A DNA stretch of 55,820 nt from Malacoraja senta (lineage: Eukaryota): assembly GCA_038087875.1 (NCBI GenBank), contig JAXLNO010000628.1:62001-117820 (forward strand). The letters run 5' to 3'. Within the stretch, counting starts at the first letter, position 1. Each line of letters starts with the position of its first letter. Position numbers and translations under genes: made by a program. Shown here piece by piece: positions 25,330 through 38,279 of the stretch. The notes beneath the pieces are model-generated. The model worked only from the letters and a program-made list of their open reading frames with translations. It was not told where the DNA came from and did not search any database.

Positions 25330-26079
25330 CTTTCTGGGTTGCTTCATCATCAAATTGCCATTTATTGTTCTAGTTCAGCCGCGTTGTTCTCAGCATAATT
25401 TCAACATCTTGTCCTAGTTGCCCAGCTGCGTTATAAAATACGACAATGCTCAGTCTGTGGCTTAATGTGCAAGATAGCAGGTCGGAAACACACAAGGTAT
25501 CAGGTCAACACAATCAACCCGTTAAATGTTAGTGGTATTTTTTTAAATTAGATCTGCCAATATTCTAGTGCAAAGCTTCTCAGCTATTTATATCTTACAT
25601 TGCAAACTAGCTTTGAGAGCATTTCACCATAAAATCATTCAGATTGAAAATTAGGCCCTTAGCTGCATTATGCGAAAATTACATAAAGATATTGGCGCAG
25701 TGCCCAATAAGCACAAGGCACCCCGTGCTCACATCCATGCCCACGTTCCTCCCACATCCTGCAACAAAACCGATTGAAAGTATTGTCAGGAAAATAATCC
25801 CCTCACTTATTAGGCTCTTGCATCCCTTCCATTCATTACACTTAGGGGAAAAATACTTAAAGAAATGTCAAACTGACAATAAGAAATTGAAAGAACCATT
25901 TATGCTTTCAAGTGTGGGTAGAGCTTTTAAGCAATCATTTTATATTCTCATGCTTGCGATTTCTTAATATTACACAAGCTTAATATGATACATGCATCAC
26001 CAATCTGTCAACAAACATCCTACTCTGTGCCCTCAATGAAACTCATGCGCTCTAATGCTAAGAGTACAAGATGGATTCA

Positions 26080-26410
26080 TGTAGAAACATGGAATTTCAG
26101 GCTGGTTTACAACAAAAATGCACGTCAAATGCTGGACTAATTCAGCAGATCAAGCAACACCTCTAGAGAACATGGATAGGTGATGTTTCAGGTTGGGACT
26201 CTTCTGATAGTGCGAGGGGTGGGAGAAAGCTAGAAGAGAGGAGAGGAAGGACAAAGCATGGCAGGTAATAGGTGAACACAGGCGAGGACGTTTTTTCACA
26301 GGCAGATAATTAGACAAAGGCCAATAAATGAAAAAACAGATGTGAGACAAAAGGAGTGAAGAGTTGCAAATTGTGAAGCCAGAGGAAGGAATGTAGGTGG
26401 AGGGGAGAAA
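26080..26410 (-). mobile_element. Penelope-like element 3' remnant
   Basis: Terminal arm (GCTGGACTAATTCAGCAG..GGTGATGTTTCAGGTTGGGACTCTTCTG) followed by a purine-rich 3'-UTR-type tract. Confidence 0.55.
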
Positions 26411-27097
26411 TAGTTGGCAATCATGTCAGGAAGAGAAGAATACATTCATGTAAGCTCTTATGACACAAACAAATAGTACTGAGGCCAATTTGCATCTCCG
26501 ATTTAGCACATTTTCATTTGAATACTTTCTTATGCAAAGTGAGAAAATCACCTTTAATTATATCTGCTTATTTTTCTACTTCTATCTAGTTCCAGTACAT
26601 TTAAAAATAGACTGTAGCTTCTGGTGCCGAAATGTGAACATGTGGATGTGGTTTTCACGAGCACTGTAAATTTTTAATTTATGTGGTTCAATTGTGTTAA
26701 TTACTGGAGCTGAGATTAGCATGCTTGCATTAGTGTTATGTGTATGACTGTGAAGAAAACCGCATTACAATTCCGGTTAAGATGTGATTAACAGAGATTT
26801 TTGGTAGTTCATAAGAGGGATGCGACAAATTGAGCAGTGGCTGATACGATGAATGCAGTTGTAGAATAGGTGGATTCCACATGGATAGGATAGGTTTAGA
26901 GGTGATATGGGTCAAACGCAGGCAGATGGGACTAGTGTAGACGGCTGGTCGGAGTGGGCGTTGGGCCAATTTCCACACAGTTTGACTATGACTCTAATAG
27001 GTCACTCGAAGACGTTAAGTCCCATTTATGACTCAAGTGAGGCTGTAAAACTACTTCCTGCACCTCGTCCATTGTCGCCATGTTCAAAGAAAACATG

Positions 27098-27625
27098 AAA
27101 TTTGAAGAAGGACATTCTTGCTATTGAGGGAGTGCAGCATACGTTCACCAGGTTAATTCGCAAGATGGCGGGACTGACATATGATGAAAAATTGAATCGA
27201 CTGGGCTTATATTCACTGGAATTTAGGATGAGAGGGCATCTTATAGAAACATACACAATTTTTAAGGGATTGGACAGGCTAGATGCAGGAACAATGTTCC
27301 CTATGTTGGGGAGTCCAGAACCAGGGTTCAGAGTTTAAGAATAAAGGGTAGGCCATTTAGGACAGAGATGAGGAAAAACATTTTCAGCCAGCGAGTTGTG
27401 AATCTGTGGAATTCGCTGCAACAGAAGGCAGAGGAGGCCAATTCACTGGATGTGTTAAAGAGAGAGTTAGATATAGCTCTTAGGGCTAACGGAATCAAGG
27501 GATATGGGGAAAAAGCAGGAACAGGATACTGATTCTGGATGATCAGCCATGATCATATTGAATGGCGGTGCTGGCTTGAAGGGCCGAATGACCTACTTCT
27601 GCACCTACTGTCTATGTTTTTATGA
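27098..27625 (+). mobile_element. CR1-type LINE 3' fragment
   Basis: KKDILAIEGVQHTFTRLI..LGLYSLEFRMRGHLIETY, then typical 3' UTR. Confidence 0.9.
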
Positions 27626-28035
27626 AGTGTGGGAGGAACTGATTGGGTCATGCAGCATCTGCAGAGCAAATGAACAGAAGTCCTTTTTGATCATGTCCCT
27701 TCTTCAGACTGATTAAGGAACCTTATTTCTGTTCTTCATGCCTACTTCCAATTATCTCTTCACCATGTATATGGAAATATCCCTACACGGCTCTGGGTGT
27801 GTAAACTACCATCCTCCATTTACCTGTCCAACAAGATGTCCATCAGATGTAATATCTGGCCAGCAACAGATGACCTCAGGAAGGGTGGAGCCCATAATGG
27901 GCCATTGTTGGCTGGAGAAGATGTGATAATGAGAGGGATTCAAGGATATGTACAGTGGAACTGGTAGGACACAATGATGCAAACAATGGAAATGATAGGA
28001 TAGTTCCTTATTCTGGTACATGAATCAATTATGAA

Positions 28036-28350
28036 AAAGGTGTATAATATCATAAGGGGAATTGATAGGGTGAATACATAGAGCATTTTACCCAGGGTAG
28101 GGGAATCAAGAACCAGAGAACATACGGTTCAGGTGAGAGAAGAAAGATTTAATGGGGACCTGAGGGTGGTGGGTATATAGAATGAGCTGCCAGAGAAGAT
28201 GGTTGAGGAAGGTACTATAACAGCATTTGGACAGGTACAGGGATAGAACAGGTTTATGGACAAGAGGGATATGGACAAAATGCAGGCAAATGGGACCCAG
28301 CTTCGATGAAGCATTTTGTTTAGCTTGTTTCTGTGCTGTATGACTCTACG
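28036..28350 (+). mobile_element. CR1-type LINE 3' fragment
   Basis: AGGGTAGGGGAATCAAGAACCAGAG..GAATGAGCTGCCAGAG similarity to 34280-34700. Confidence 0.75.
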
Positions 28351-28613
28351 ATTCCAAATGAACAACAGGTTGCACTGGCTTCAGAAACAATTTAAAAGAG
28401 CAGGCAGCATGAATTTCTTCCCCAAAGGTTTTCATGTAAAGAAGTGTTTAGTATTCATCCCCAGCAGTCATATCTCATCAGACCACGGGGTGATCATTAA
28501 CAATTGAATGCAGAATAATTCTATATTTAAATTGGAATATTTTGTTATGTCAGCACTTGCGCGGAGGGCAAATGCTACTTAAAGGAAACATAATAGAAAC
28601 AGAGCCAGAACAG

Positions 28614-29618
28614 GGGTGGCACGGTGGTGCAGCGGTAGAGTTGCTGCCTAATGGGCCTGTCCCACTTAGGCGACTTTTTAGATGACTGCAGGAGACTATG
28701 CAGTCACCACATGTTCGCCACATGTTCGCGGGTGGTTGCCGGGGAGTCGCCTTCATGGTCGTGAGGAGTTCCCACATTCAGGGAACTCGTCGCGGCCTCA
28801 TTTTGGTCACCGTGAATTTTTCAACATGTTAAAAAATTGGCGGCAACTAGAATGAAGTCGCCATGGAGAGTAGCGAGAATTCTCGTGCCGTAGGTGGGTT
28901 TGCAGGAGGTCATAGTGGGTTGCCAGGAGGTCGAAGGTTCTCGTAGGTTCTCGTAGGTTGTAGCCGGTGCTGACCGGTGAATTTCATTGGGTCATTGGGA
29001 AATAAAAACGTAAGCAGTAGATTTCAGAACCAAGGGTAACCGACCGGGAATGTTAAATGTCCGCTGAACTTCACAGCTGTGTATCTCTGGCTTCTTAAAA
29101 GTTGTCTCCTTCTCCCTCCTTCTCCCCCCCACCCACTTTTAAAGGACTTACCATACACTAGCGTGCTAGCCATCTTAATTACAGCGTCAACCTTCCTGTT
29201 CATCGCGTGTGTGTCTGTATCACCTTGGCTTTGCACAGTGTGAATTTCAGACAGCGCTCCCCCCGCTTGCCCTGGTCCCTGCCTTTGCGATGTGTTTGTG
29301 TGTGTGTGTGTTCCACTCTGACAGTCGCCGTTCCAGTTGCCGGACAGGCCCATTAAAGCTTTTCCGGTGCCGGAGACCCGGGTTTGATCCCGTTTACGGA
29401 GTTTGTACGTTCTCCCCGTGACCACATGGGTTTTCTCCGAGATCTTCGGTTTCCTCCCACACTCCAAAGAGGTACAGGTATGTAGGTTAATTGGCTTGGG
29501 GTATGTGTAAAATGTCCCTAGTGTGTGTAGGATAGTGTTAACTTGCGGGGATCGCTGGTTGACGTGGGCTTAGTGGGCCGAAGGGCCTGTTTCTGTGCTG
29601 TATCTGTAAACTGAACTA
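28614..29618 (+). mobile_element. tRNA-derived SINE split by a MITE between box A and box B
   Basis: Head 28614-28651 resumes at ~29353 with GGAGACCCGGGTTTGATCC and the full body. Confidence 0.85.
28652..29352. mobile_element. PIF/Harbinger-type MITE with partly deleted right TIR
   Basis: TGGGCCTGTCC / GGACAGGCCCA termini flanked by TAA and TTA; AGGTTCTCGT internal repeats. Confidence 0.8.
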
Positions 29619-30529
29619 ATAGACTTCTCTGCTAATCAAATGGCTATCTTTGAAAGTCATCTTTAAATCCTTCCTTAAATGCAATGAATCAGTAAGGATA
29701 ATATCATTAAATACTTCCGATAACTGCATTTTGCTCGTTTTCGTAGCTACCTCAACCATCTTCTCTGGCAGCTCATTCCATAAACCCACTGCAATCTGGC
29801 TTGTTAAATATACACGTGGCATCCAAATCTATTTTATTTTTTTTGCAAACCTGTCATATTCGTTCATTGTCCCATGACAGGAAGTGAGTTTTTCCATCAG
29901 ACCGAAGAAGGGTCTCAACCCCATTCCTTCTCTCCAGAGAGGCTGCGTGTCCCATTGAGTTACTCTGGCATGTCCATCTTGAGTTTATCCATCCTCCCAG
30001 AATTTTGTTCCAGATATCCAGGGTAAATAAATAAAGACATTGTTTTCATTTCTACCTGACCTTGTAGTAAGGTCCAGTGGTGCAAATTCAGCCAAACCAG
30101 TAACAAAGAAAGAGCCATTTTAATGTCAATGAGTTAAGCTAATGGACATCACCAACTTCTGCTCAGACCCAAGGGCGGCTAGGAGTTCGCATCAGGGGGC
30201 CAGAGTAAACTGCAGAAGTGTGAGGCCAAGCTCGAAGGCCACTGACCCAACTCGATCACCATCCCCTTCACAGTCAAGCCTGACTACCTGAAGGTGCTTG
30301 GGATCTGGTTCAGAGGAGCAGAAGCATGCAACAATATTTGGCTGAAGCAAACAGGCAAGGTAACAGGAAAGCTGATGCTGTCAAGTGTGGTGCTCCATCT
30401 CAATGACCACCAAGAACCCGGTCATCACATGCGAGGTGTTCTCAGTGTTGATGTACTTGGTGTAAGTGTGGCCTGTACCTTGTTCCTCCATAAAGGCAAT
30501 CTCCCAAGCCAGTTTCTATTATAAATATA

Positions 30530-30868
30530 GATATAGAACGGTTCAGCATAGGAATGGGCCCTTCGGCCCACAAGGTTTGTACCAAACATGATGCCTAGCT
30601 AAACAGATCTCGTCTGCATGCAAATGCTCCCTATCCTTCCATTCCCTGCAAATCCACATGCCTACCTAAAAGCTTGTCAAATCCCACTATCGTAGCTACC
30701 TCCACCTCTGCCAACACCAGTGTACAAAAACTTGCCCCGCACATCTCCATTATATTTTACCCCTCTCACTTTATAGCTATGCCCCTAGCGTTGGACATTT
30801 CCACCCTGGGAAAAAGATTCCAACCATCTATCCGATCTGTGCCTCTCATAATTTTATAAACTTCTATC
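30530..30868 (-). mobile_element. CR1-type LINE 3' fragment
   Basis: IEVYKIMRGTDRIDGWNLFPRVEMSNARG; sibling of 40645-41000. Confidence 0.8.
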
Positions 30869-30929
30869 GTCTCTGGATTTGCAAGGAATGAAGGGATATG
30901 GATCACTTGCAGGCAGATGAGATCAGATG

Positions 30930-31240
30930 AGGCTTTATTGTTACATGTACCGAGGTACAGTGAAATGCTTTGTTTTGCATGCAACCCAGTAATGTAGCAA
31001 ACCTCACCTAGGCAGTACACATGTGTCGCAACTTTTTGGCGCAGACAAAGTTACAAACGATCACCGAACATTCCGATCTACTGCCTGCCGGCGCACGTGG
31101 CATCAGGCCCCCCCACCGCCGGGTCCCCCCTTCATTCTTGGTGCCCCCTCTGCTGAGTCCCCCATTCATTCTTGATGCCCCCTCCCCCCCACCCCCGACC
31201 CCAACGTGGGTCCCCCCCTTCATTCTTGACGGCCACAGAT
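30930..31240 (-). repeat. Short interspersed repeat with Rex1-like 3' tail (sibling at ~43600-43760, +)
   Basis: ACAAAGTTACAAACGATCACCGAACATTCC and ACATGTACCGAGGTACAGTGAAATGCTTTG closely match the reverse complement of 43601-43745. Confidence 0.65.
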
Positions 31241-31908
31241 GGAGATTGTGCACTGCTGATATAAATAGCTTTTTGTGTCGTGATACGCACTTTTTCAGCT
31301 TCTTGTTGAACAACGGCATGTTACCAGTCAAAAACGTTGCAAATAAATGTCCATCCTATTACGGTGACAAATTGCTCTGTTTCATTGCAACCTTCAGGAT
31401 TATGATTATGCAAGCACATTTTATCAGAAACCTCAACCATAACTTAATCACATAAGTTGTTGTGTTTTTCTGGGCAATTTCCTGACAGTGTCGAAAACAG
31501 GAATTTAACCATAACATTAGCTCCCACCGTATTCCTAAATTGCTTTATTTTGAAGGCTATATCACATCTCTACTCAAGTTTATTTTCTTCAGCAAGAATA
31601 GGTTTCGCCATTTGAAACATCCCTGACTTCTTAAACCCTGAAACATTAGTGTCTCTTGCTCTGACCCATTCTTTACGTGAAGTATAGGAAGCATCGGTTT
31701 GATAATCTTGGGCACTAATAATAAAAGTGGACTTGAACTCTTCAACTTTACTCTAAAATAATTACTGACATGACACACCAGTAAGGCTCATTCATTGTCT
31801 AAATTTAGAGTCCTTGTTAACATCAGTTATTTGGTGGATAATTGACTTGTTCACTACACAGGAGGCTATTATTCATTGCAAAGACGAACAAGTGAGAGTC
31901 AGCTCAAC

Positions 31909-32299
31909 TACTGTATCCTGTACTGCTGTGTACTGTACTGCTGTGTACTGTACTGCTGTATCCTGTACTGCTGTGTACTGTACTGCTGTGTACTGTACTG
32001 CTGTATCCTGTACTGCTGTGTACTGTACTGCTGTGTACTGTACTGCTGTGTACTGTACTGCTGTATCCTGTACTGCTGTGTACTGTACTGCTGTGTACTG
32101 TACTGCTGTGTACTGTACTGCTGTGTACTGTACTGCTATGTACTGTACTGCTGTGTACTGTACTGCTGTATCCTGTACTGCTGTGTACTGTACTGCTGTA
32201 TCCTGTACTGCTGTGTACTGTACTGCTGTGTACTGTACTGCTGTATACTGTACTGCTGTGTACTGTCCTACTGTGTACTGTACTGCTGTATTGTACCAC
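31909..32299. repeat. 15-bp minisatellite (CTGTGTACTGTACTG / CTGTATCCTGTACTG), ~26 units
   Basis: Directly visible; two interspersed unit variants. Confidence 0.97.
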
Positions 32300-32302
32300 T
32301 GT

Positions 32303-32921
32303 AACCTCATCTACTGTGTGCGCTGTTCCAGGTGTGGACTCCTAAATATTGATGAGACCAAGCGCAGGCTCAGCAATCGTTTTGCTGAACAACTCCACTC
32401 AATCTGCCTAAACCTACCTGATCTCCTGGTTGCTCAACACTTTAACTCCCCCTCCCATTCCCACATTGACCTTTCTGTCCTGGGCCTCCTCCATTGTCAG
32501 AATGAGGCCCTGCGCAAATTGGAGAAACAGTACCTCATATTTCGCTTGGGCAGCTTAAACCCCAGCAGTATGAATGACTTCTCTAACTTCAAGTAGCCCT
32601 TGCTTTCCCTCTCTCTCCATCCCCTCCCCCTTCCCAGTTATCCAACGAGTCCTTCTGTCTCGGACTACATGTTATCGGTTTGCTTTGTTGTTACCTTCTC
32701 CCAACTAACAATGATCTATTCTTCATTTTCCTTGAAATCCATTCCCTTTGTCCTGTTTTCACACCTTACACTCCTTATCTATACACTTCCTTATCTAGGT
32801 ACCGCCCACTCCCGTGACATCAGTCTGAAGAAGGGTCTCGACCAGAAACATCACCCATTCCTTCTCTCCAGAGATACTGCCTGTCCTGCTGAGTTACTCC
32901 AGCATTTTGTGTTTATCTTCA
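32303..32921 (+). mobile_element. Penelope-like element 3' part: degenerate GIY-YIG endonuclease, 3' UTR and terminal repeat
   Basis: NLIYCVRCSRCGLLNIDETKRRLSNRFAEQ..VAQHFN..RKLEKQYLIFRLGSLNP (YIG decayed to NID); stop at 32596; CTGAAGAAGGGTCTCGACCAGAAAC at 32825-32849. Confidence 0.9.
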
Positions 32922-33987
32922 GTTCAACAGCAATTGAAATTTATCATCTTAGGGGAAAATTGCCTTTGTACAGAATTTGTGGTATTTTGGTTAAAAAGCA
33001 AAATAATATGTGACTATGATGTGTTTCCATTTGTGCCTTATGATGCAATGAGCAGAGGGGACAAGTAGGTGAGGGACGGTGTTTCAAGTAACAATTCTAG
33101 ATATTGGTTTGTCTAAATCCTTTTATACACAATGGAACTTAAAAAATATATATTTCATGACAATGTAGAATGCATACTGGAAACAACAGCAAATGTTCAA
33201 ACTAAATTCAGACTTTTCCACATTTAACAAAAGGTGGAGCACATAACACAGAAATTGTTCACATCCCAGAAAACTTTTTTTTTCACTAAATGCTGGTGTG
33301 CCCTTTGTTGGACTTGTCTTGAGCAGCAATATTTCTCTTTAGACACAGTAATTTTAAAAGAAAGAAATGTCCTATTTCCTTTCATTTTCTTCCTTATTCT
33401 CTTGATAAGTGCAGAATAAATCTAAAAATGAATTATAATGACAAAGTGTGGAGAGGACTGTACATTTATTATATAAACTGTGTTTCAAGTCTTTGACTTC
33501 AGATAATTAAAAACAAATACTAAAACAGTTGCCTTTAGCTCTTGGGATTGATAAACTGGCGTGAAATCTTAAAACTAGAGCTCAAAGCCCAACAGTTTCA
33601 ATTGCATTGAACATATTCTACACATTAGACTCCCATGTGCATCTGTACTCTCCTATCCCATTGATGACCTCTGCTATCTGCCAGCCTAGAGGGCAAGACT
33701 TCTGCGCCCAGCTGAGATAGTGGAGTTTGAAGGCAGCCTTTCTGAGTCTGAAGGAACTACATAAATCAGCAAAACAGCTTGCTATAATTTTGGCCTGTCA
33801 CAAAATGGTTGAAAAGTAAAATTAACTTCTATACTTCTTTAACACAGAAGAATTAACCGAATTTTCCCTTTACATAAAATATATATATTTTAAAGTTGGT
33901 GAACAACAAATTGTAGACTGTGTCGTCAGAAGAAGAAAAGCAGCTGGAGTTGTGTGCTGAATTAGCTTTCCTGTTGCTGTCCAGGAG

Positions 33988-34702
33988 ATCAGGGTAGTCA
34001 AAAAGGCATTTGGCACATTGGCCTTCATAAGGCAGTGTATTGAGTATAGGGGTTGGAAGGTCGTGTTATGATTATATAAGGTGCTGGTGAGGCCACATTT
34101 AAAGTATTGTATTCAATTTTGGAACCATGTTATAGGAGAGATGTTGTCAAGTGGGAATGGGTGCAGAAAAGATTTACAAGGATGTTGCCAGGACTCGGGG
34201 GCCTGAGCTATAGGGAGGTTGAGCAGGCTGGGACTCTATTCCGTGGAGGGCAGGAGGATGAGGGGAGATCTTATAGAGGTGTACAAAGTCATGAGAGGAA
34301 TAGATTGGGTAAATGCACAGTCTCTTGCCCAGAGTAGGGGAATCGAGAACCAGAGAACATAGTTTTAAGGTGAGAGTGGGGAGAAAGATTTAATAGGAAC
34401 CTGAGGGGTAACTTTTTCACACAAAGTGTGTTGGGTGAATGGAACGAGGAAGTAGTTGAGGCAGGGATTATCATGACATTTAAGAAACATTTAGACAAGT
34501 ACAGGATAAGTTTAGAGGGAAACTTCTAAATTTGTTTAGAAGTTTAAAGTTTAGAATAGCTGGCTTGAAGGGTCAAATCGCCTACTCCTGCACCTATTGT
34601 CTATTGAAATGGGCCAAATGCGGGCAGGCGGGACGTGTAGAGGGGACTCATTGGTCGGTGTGGCCAAGTTGGGCCGAGGGGCCTGTTTCCACATTTCCAT
34701 GA
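33988..34702 (+). mobile_element. CR1-type LINE 3' fragment
   Basis: RVVKKAFGTLAFI..LYKVLVRPHL..VQKRFTRMLPGL; 3' UTR. Confidence 0.85.
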
Positions 34703-35175
34703 GTAAGGCTATTTTTACTCATTGATCTCAAACAGCAGCCCACATTTTAGTTTTACATGTAAATTGATTTTCAGAGAGATCAACAGGTTAAATTTTAAGT
34801 TTTGTGCATTATTTTGCATTAAGGCAGCATATAAAACTATTGTCATATTCTTATGTGATTTTCTGCTGTGTATTTCCAAAATTGCATAGAGTTCAGTAAT
34901 GATTTTAAGTATACAGCTTAATCTCCAGAATCACTGTCTCTGTATATTGAAACGTGTTGAACTTGTTGACTCGTGTGCAGATGTTTGACAAGGCACCTGT
35001 TTGACTGATTAATGTCTGTCCCACTGTCCAGAAATTCAAAGCTCCCCCTCCATGGTCAGCAATAATGTTCTCCATTGACGATTGGCAGCCTTGTTGCAGC
35101 CATTGAGGCAGTAACTTGTAGGACCAGCAGGGGAGACAGAGGTACACACAAGATCACGGGCAGGAATGTACAAGT

Positions 35176-35360
35176 GGAAGGTAGACACAAAATGCTGGAG
35201 TAACTCAAGTGAGTGAGGCAACATCTCTGGAGAGAAGGAATGGGTGACCCGAAATGTCGCCCATCCTTCTCTCCAGAGATGCTGCCTCACCTGCTGAGTT
35301 ACTCCAGCATTTTGTGTCTACGTTCAATTTAAACCAGCATCTGCAGTTCTTTCTTACACA
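35176..35360. repeat. Penelope-derived fold-back element
   Basis: GTAGACACAAAATGCTGGAGTAACTCA / TGAGTTACTCCAGCATTTTGTGTCTAC perfect 27-bp arms; central core deleted. Confidence 0.8.
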
Positions 35361-36049
35361 CAACATACAAGTGGTCGATGCATCTATGCAATACGACAAC
35401 TGGCAAACCTAGTTTGGAATTTGTACTTTCTGAAGGCTTTACTTTTAATGCCTGAAGATAATAGCTAGTAATGGATGAAAGGCAGGAATGGAGAGAATGT
35501 TGGCACTGATTAGTTATGGTTACTGACTCCACCCATTTGTTCCGGTGGAGTTGAGTGAATGGGGGATGGATAGATTGCATCCTCTCTTCCAGTAATTTTT
35601 TAATACATAATTGCAACAGTCAGGAGATTTCAGTCACAAACTTTTCAGTGATACACAGCCATCTTCAGCACTGATGATCACTGAAATCAGGGGAAGAAGA
35701 CGACTCCCTCAATACTCTGTCAAACTAGTCTTCTGCTCCCCATAATTAGTAAATAGGGATGTGGATTGTGTTAATGTGGTGAAAGGGATCCACAGACAAA
35801 GCCTAAAAGCAGAGGGATTGAATGCAGCAGTGACGACAACCAAGTTTCAGGAACTTCATTGATTATGTTACAGCGTACACCCATCATTGTAACAGAAAAT
35901 TAGATCTACTATTAACGGTTGGACATGTGGAAAATCATCTCATTCAGTTTGTCATCTAATTAAGTATTTCTGAATTCAATTCTGTGTAAGACCTCTTTTT
36001 ACTGTTTATCAAGTTTCTGTAATTATCTATCTACCTTATTCTGTAATTA

Positions 36050-36175
36050 TCTATCTACCTCCCACTCACCTGACATTAGTCTGAAGAAAGGCCTCAACCC
36101 AAAACGTCACCCATTTCTTCTCTCCAGAGATGCTGCCTGTCTCACTGAGTTACTCCAGCATTTAGTGTCTATCTT
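36050..36175 (+). repeat. Penelope-derived terminal repeat inside a degenerate local tandem repeat
   Basis: CTGAAGAAAGGCCTCAACCCAAAACGTC core; flanked by TTCTGTAATTA. Confidence 0.7.
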
Positions 36176-38279
36176 CTGTAATTAAGACCTCATTTTACTG
36201 TTTATCACATTTCTGAGCAACATCTCGTTTTATTGTTAGTCAAGTTTCTGTAATTAAGACCCCATTTTACTGTCACTTTTCTGAGTAATCTGGTCATCTG
36301 GAAATATAAAAGCTTTACCAAAGTCACACTTGGGAGATCAGCTTTGACTGGTCTCCTGGTGCGCACCAGGTTTATTAAATCCCCCATTACCTCAAACACC
36401 AACTCCACGTGGCCTTTCCATTTTGCTCCTACAGCCTGTTTCCACACTGTATCTCTGCACTAAACTAGAAAAAATGCCCCCCATGTTACTGTTAAATTAG
36501 TTACGTACAAAATGCTCCCCAAATGCTAAGAATTCAGCAGCAAACAGTTATAATAATGAAGATAAAACTTGCAAATAATTCATGAACTCTTTCCATTAAC
36601 ACTGGCAGGGGAAATGTAATCATTTGTGAAATGTAATGTTATGTTCAATGGGAAACTCCCAAGTTGAGGTTATATGCTGCAACAGGGCTGTTAACTCCTG
36701 GTATTCCCAGATCAATTCTAAGTTATAGATTAAGACCAAAATCTATGTTTTTTATTACATTTATGTTCTGACTAGAGACCACATGCTGCCAAGATTTACA
36801 CTGCGGGTTTATTCGACATAGAATACATTAATGATGAGTTACAATGAGCACAAAGTTGGATACTTGCACAGCTACGACAATGTTTACTATTCATTTGTGC
36901 AATCCCGTAACTGTCCTCATTGAAAATGGCCATACTGATAACAGATCAGTGGTGTGCATTGATTAATGTCACAATCTGATCATTCTTCATGATGCTACTG
37001 ACTGCTTTCCAACATAGTCAACAATATGATTGCACATCTTGAATGCCATTTTTTAATATTAGGATGTGAAAAAACATTTAAAAACAACATTTTTAAAATC
37101 ATTTCTCACCCCTTATCTGTAAAACAATGAACAAAATAATGGGCTTGGTGGGCCGAAGGGCCTGTTTGCACGCTGTATCTCTATATTAAAATAAAATAAA
37201 ACTATCATAGGTGAAGATCAAACTGCATTTCAGCAATGAACTGTAACAGGAAAATGAATATACAAACAAAATTTATGCAAGTGAAAATTGCCCTGAAGAC
37301 TTCGAAGAGGGAGAAAAATCACTTAAGCAAAAAAGGAATTGAAAACTAACAAGGTAGAAATTTAGTATGGTGACTGAAACTTGCCAAAACCACAATGTTT
37401 TAAAGATGGAACAAGAAACTGTGAAAAAGTGGGATAAATTGAGAGAATCAAAGTGGAATTGATGGAATGGCAATAAGCTAGAATGAACAATTCTATTGTG
37501 TGATACATGATTTTTGTGCAATGCACAGTACAGCTTTTTTGAATGAAAGTTTGGAAGATAAATTTGGCAACTTATACATTCTGTGAAGACCGAGATTGGC
37601 CTTCATCGTTTTTCTATATATCTGATGCATTAATGCTCCAATGCAGCAGTGGATCAAACTTCTGCAGTTTTTATCCATGCATGTCTAAAAATAAGTGGCT
37701 CCTCAAGGAGTCACTCATGCAGAAGCAGCGTGAGGCCAGACAAAGTTCATCAAAGCAGAGTAAAGGGGACCAACTCATGCAGGATTGTCATCAAGTTGAT
37801 CAATTTTACATAATTACCCAGGCAACAGATTTCCATACAGTCCATATCCTTCAATATCTAGCCTGACCCTTTCCAAATTACTAATATGATAATTTCTACC
37901 ACCCTTCCCCAAATGATTCAACCTAATTCTTGAAGTTCCAATGTCACCAGCTACAGATGAGGCGCTGAATCACCACAGAAGGGATCACTTTCTTGATTAT
38001 CTAGACATGCAACATATCCATTTTCCTTCATGTGCTCCACAATAAAAAAGCTTCCAAGTGTACAAAGAATGCAAAGCCTGATCAATGGCACGCAATACCT
38101 TGGGTCTCATGTATGACACAATTGTGTTGGAGCGGCCCCCTTTGAAAAGGAAAATAGCTCATTGGCCATACCAAGACCATTAATTCAACTTGCCATTTCA
38201 GGTGCCATGGAGCCATTAGGTTGCTGATTGAAATCAATGAAAACAAATTTCAGAACCAGAATTCAATGCCCATTTGTTA

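Noticed and set aside
31814..32596. 260-aa Cys-rich repeat plus GIY-YIG fusion protein, or CRISPR-like array
   Set aside because: Stop-free minisatellite opens frames on both strands; nuclease motif is decayed; there are no unique spacers and the context is eukaryotic.
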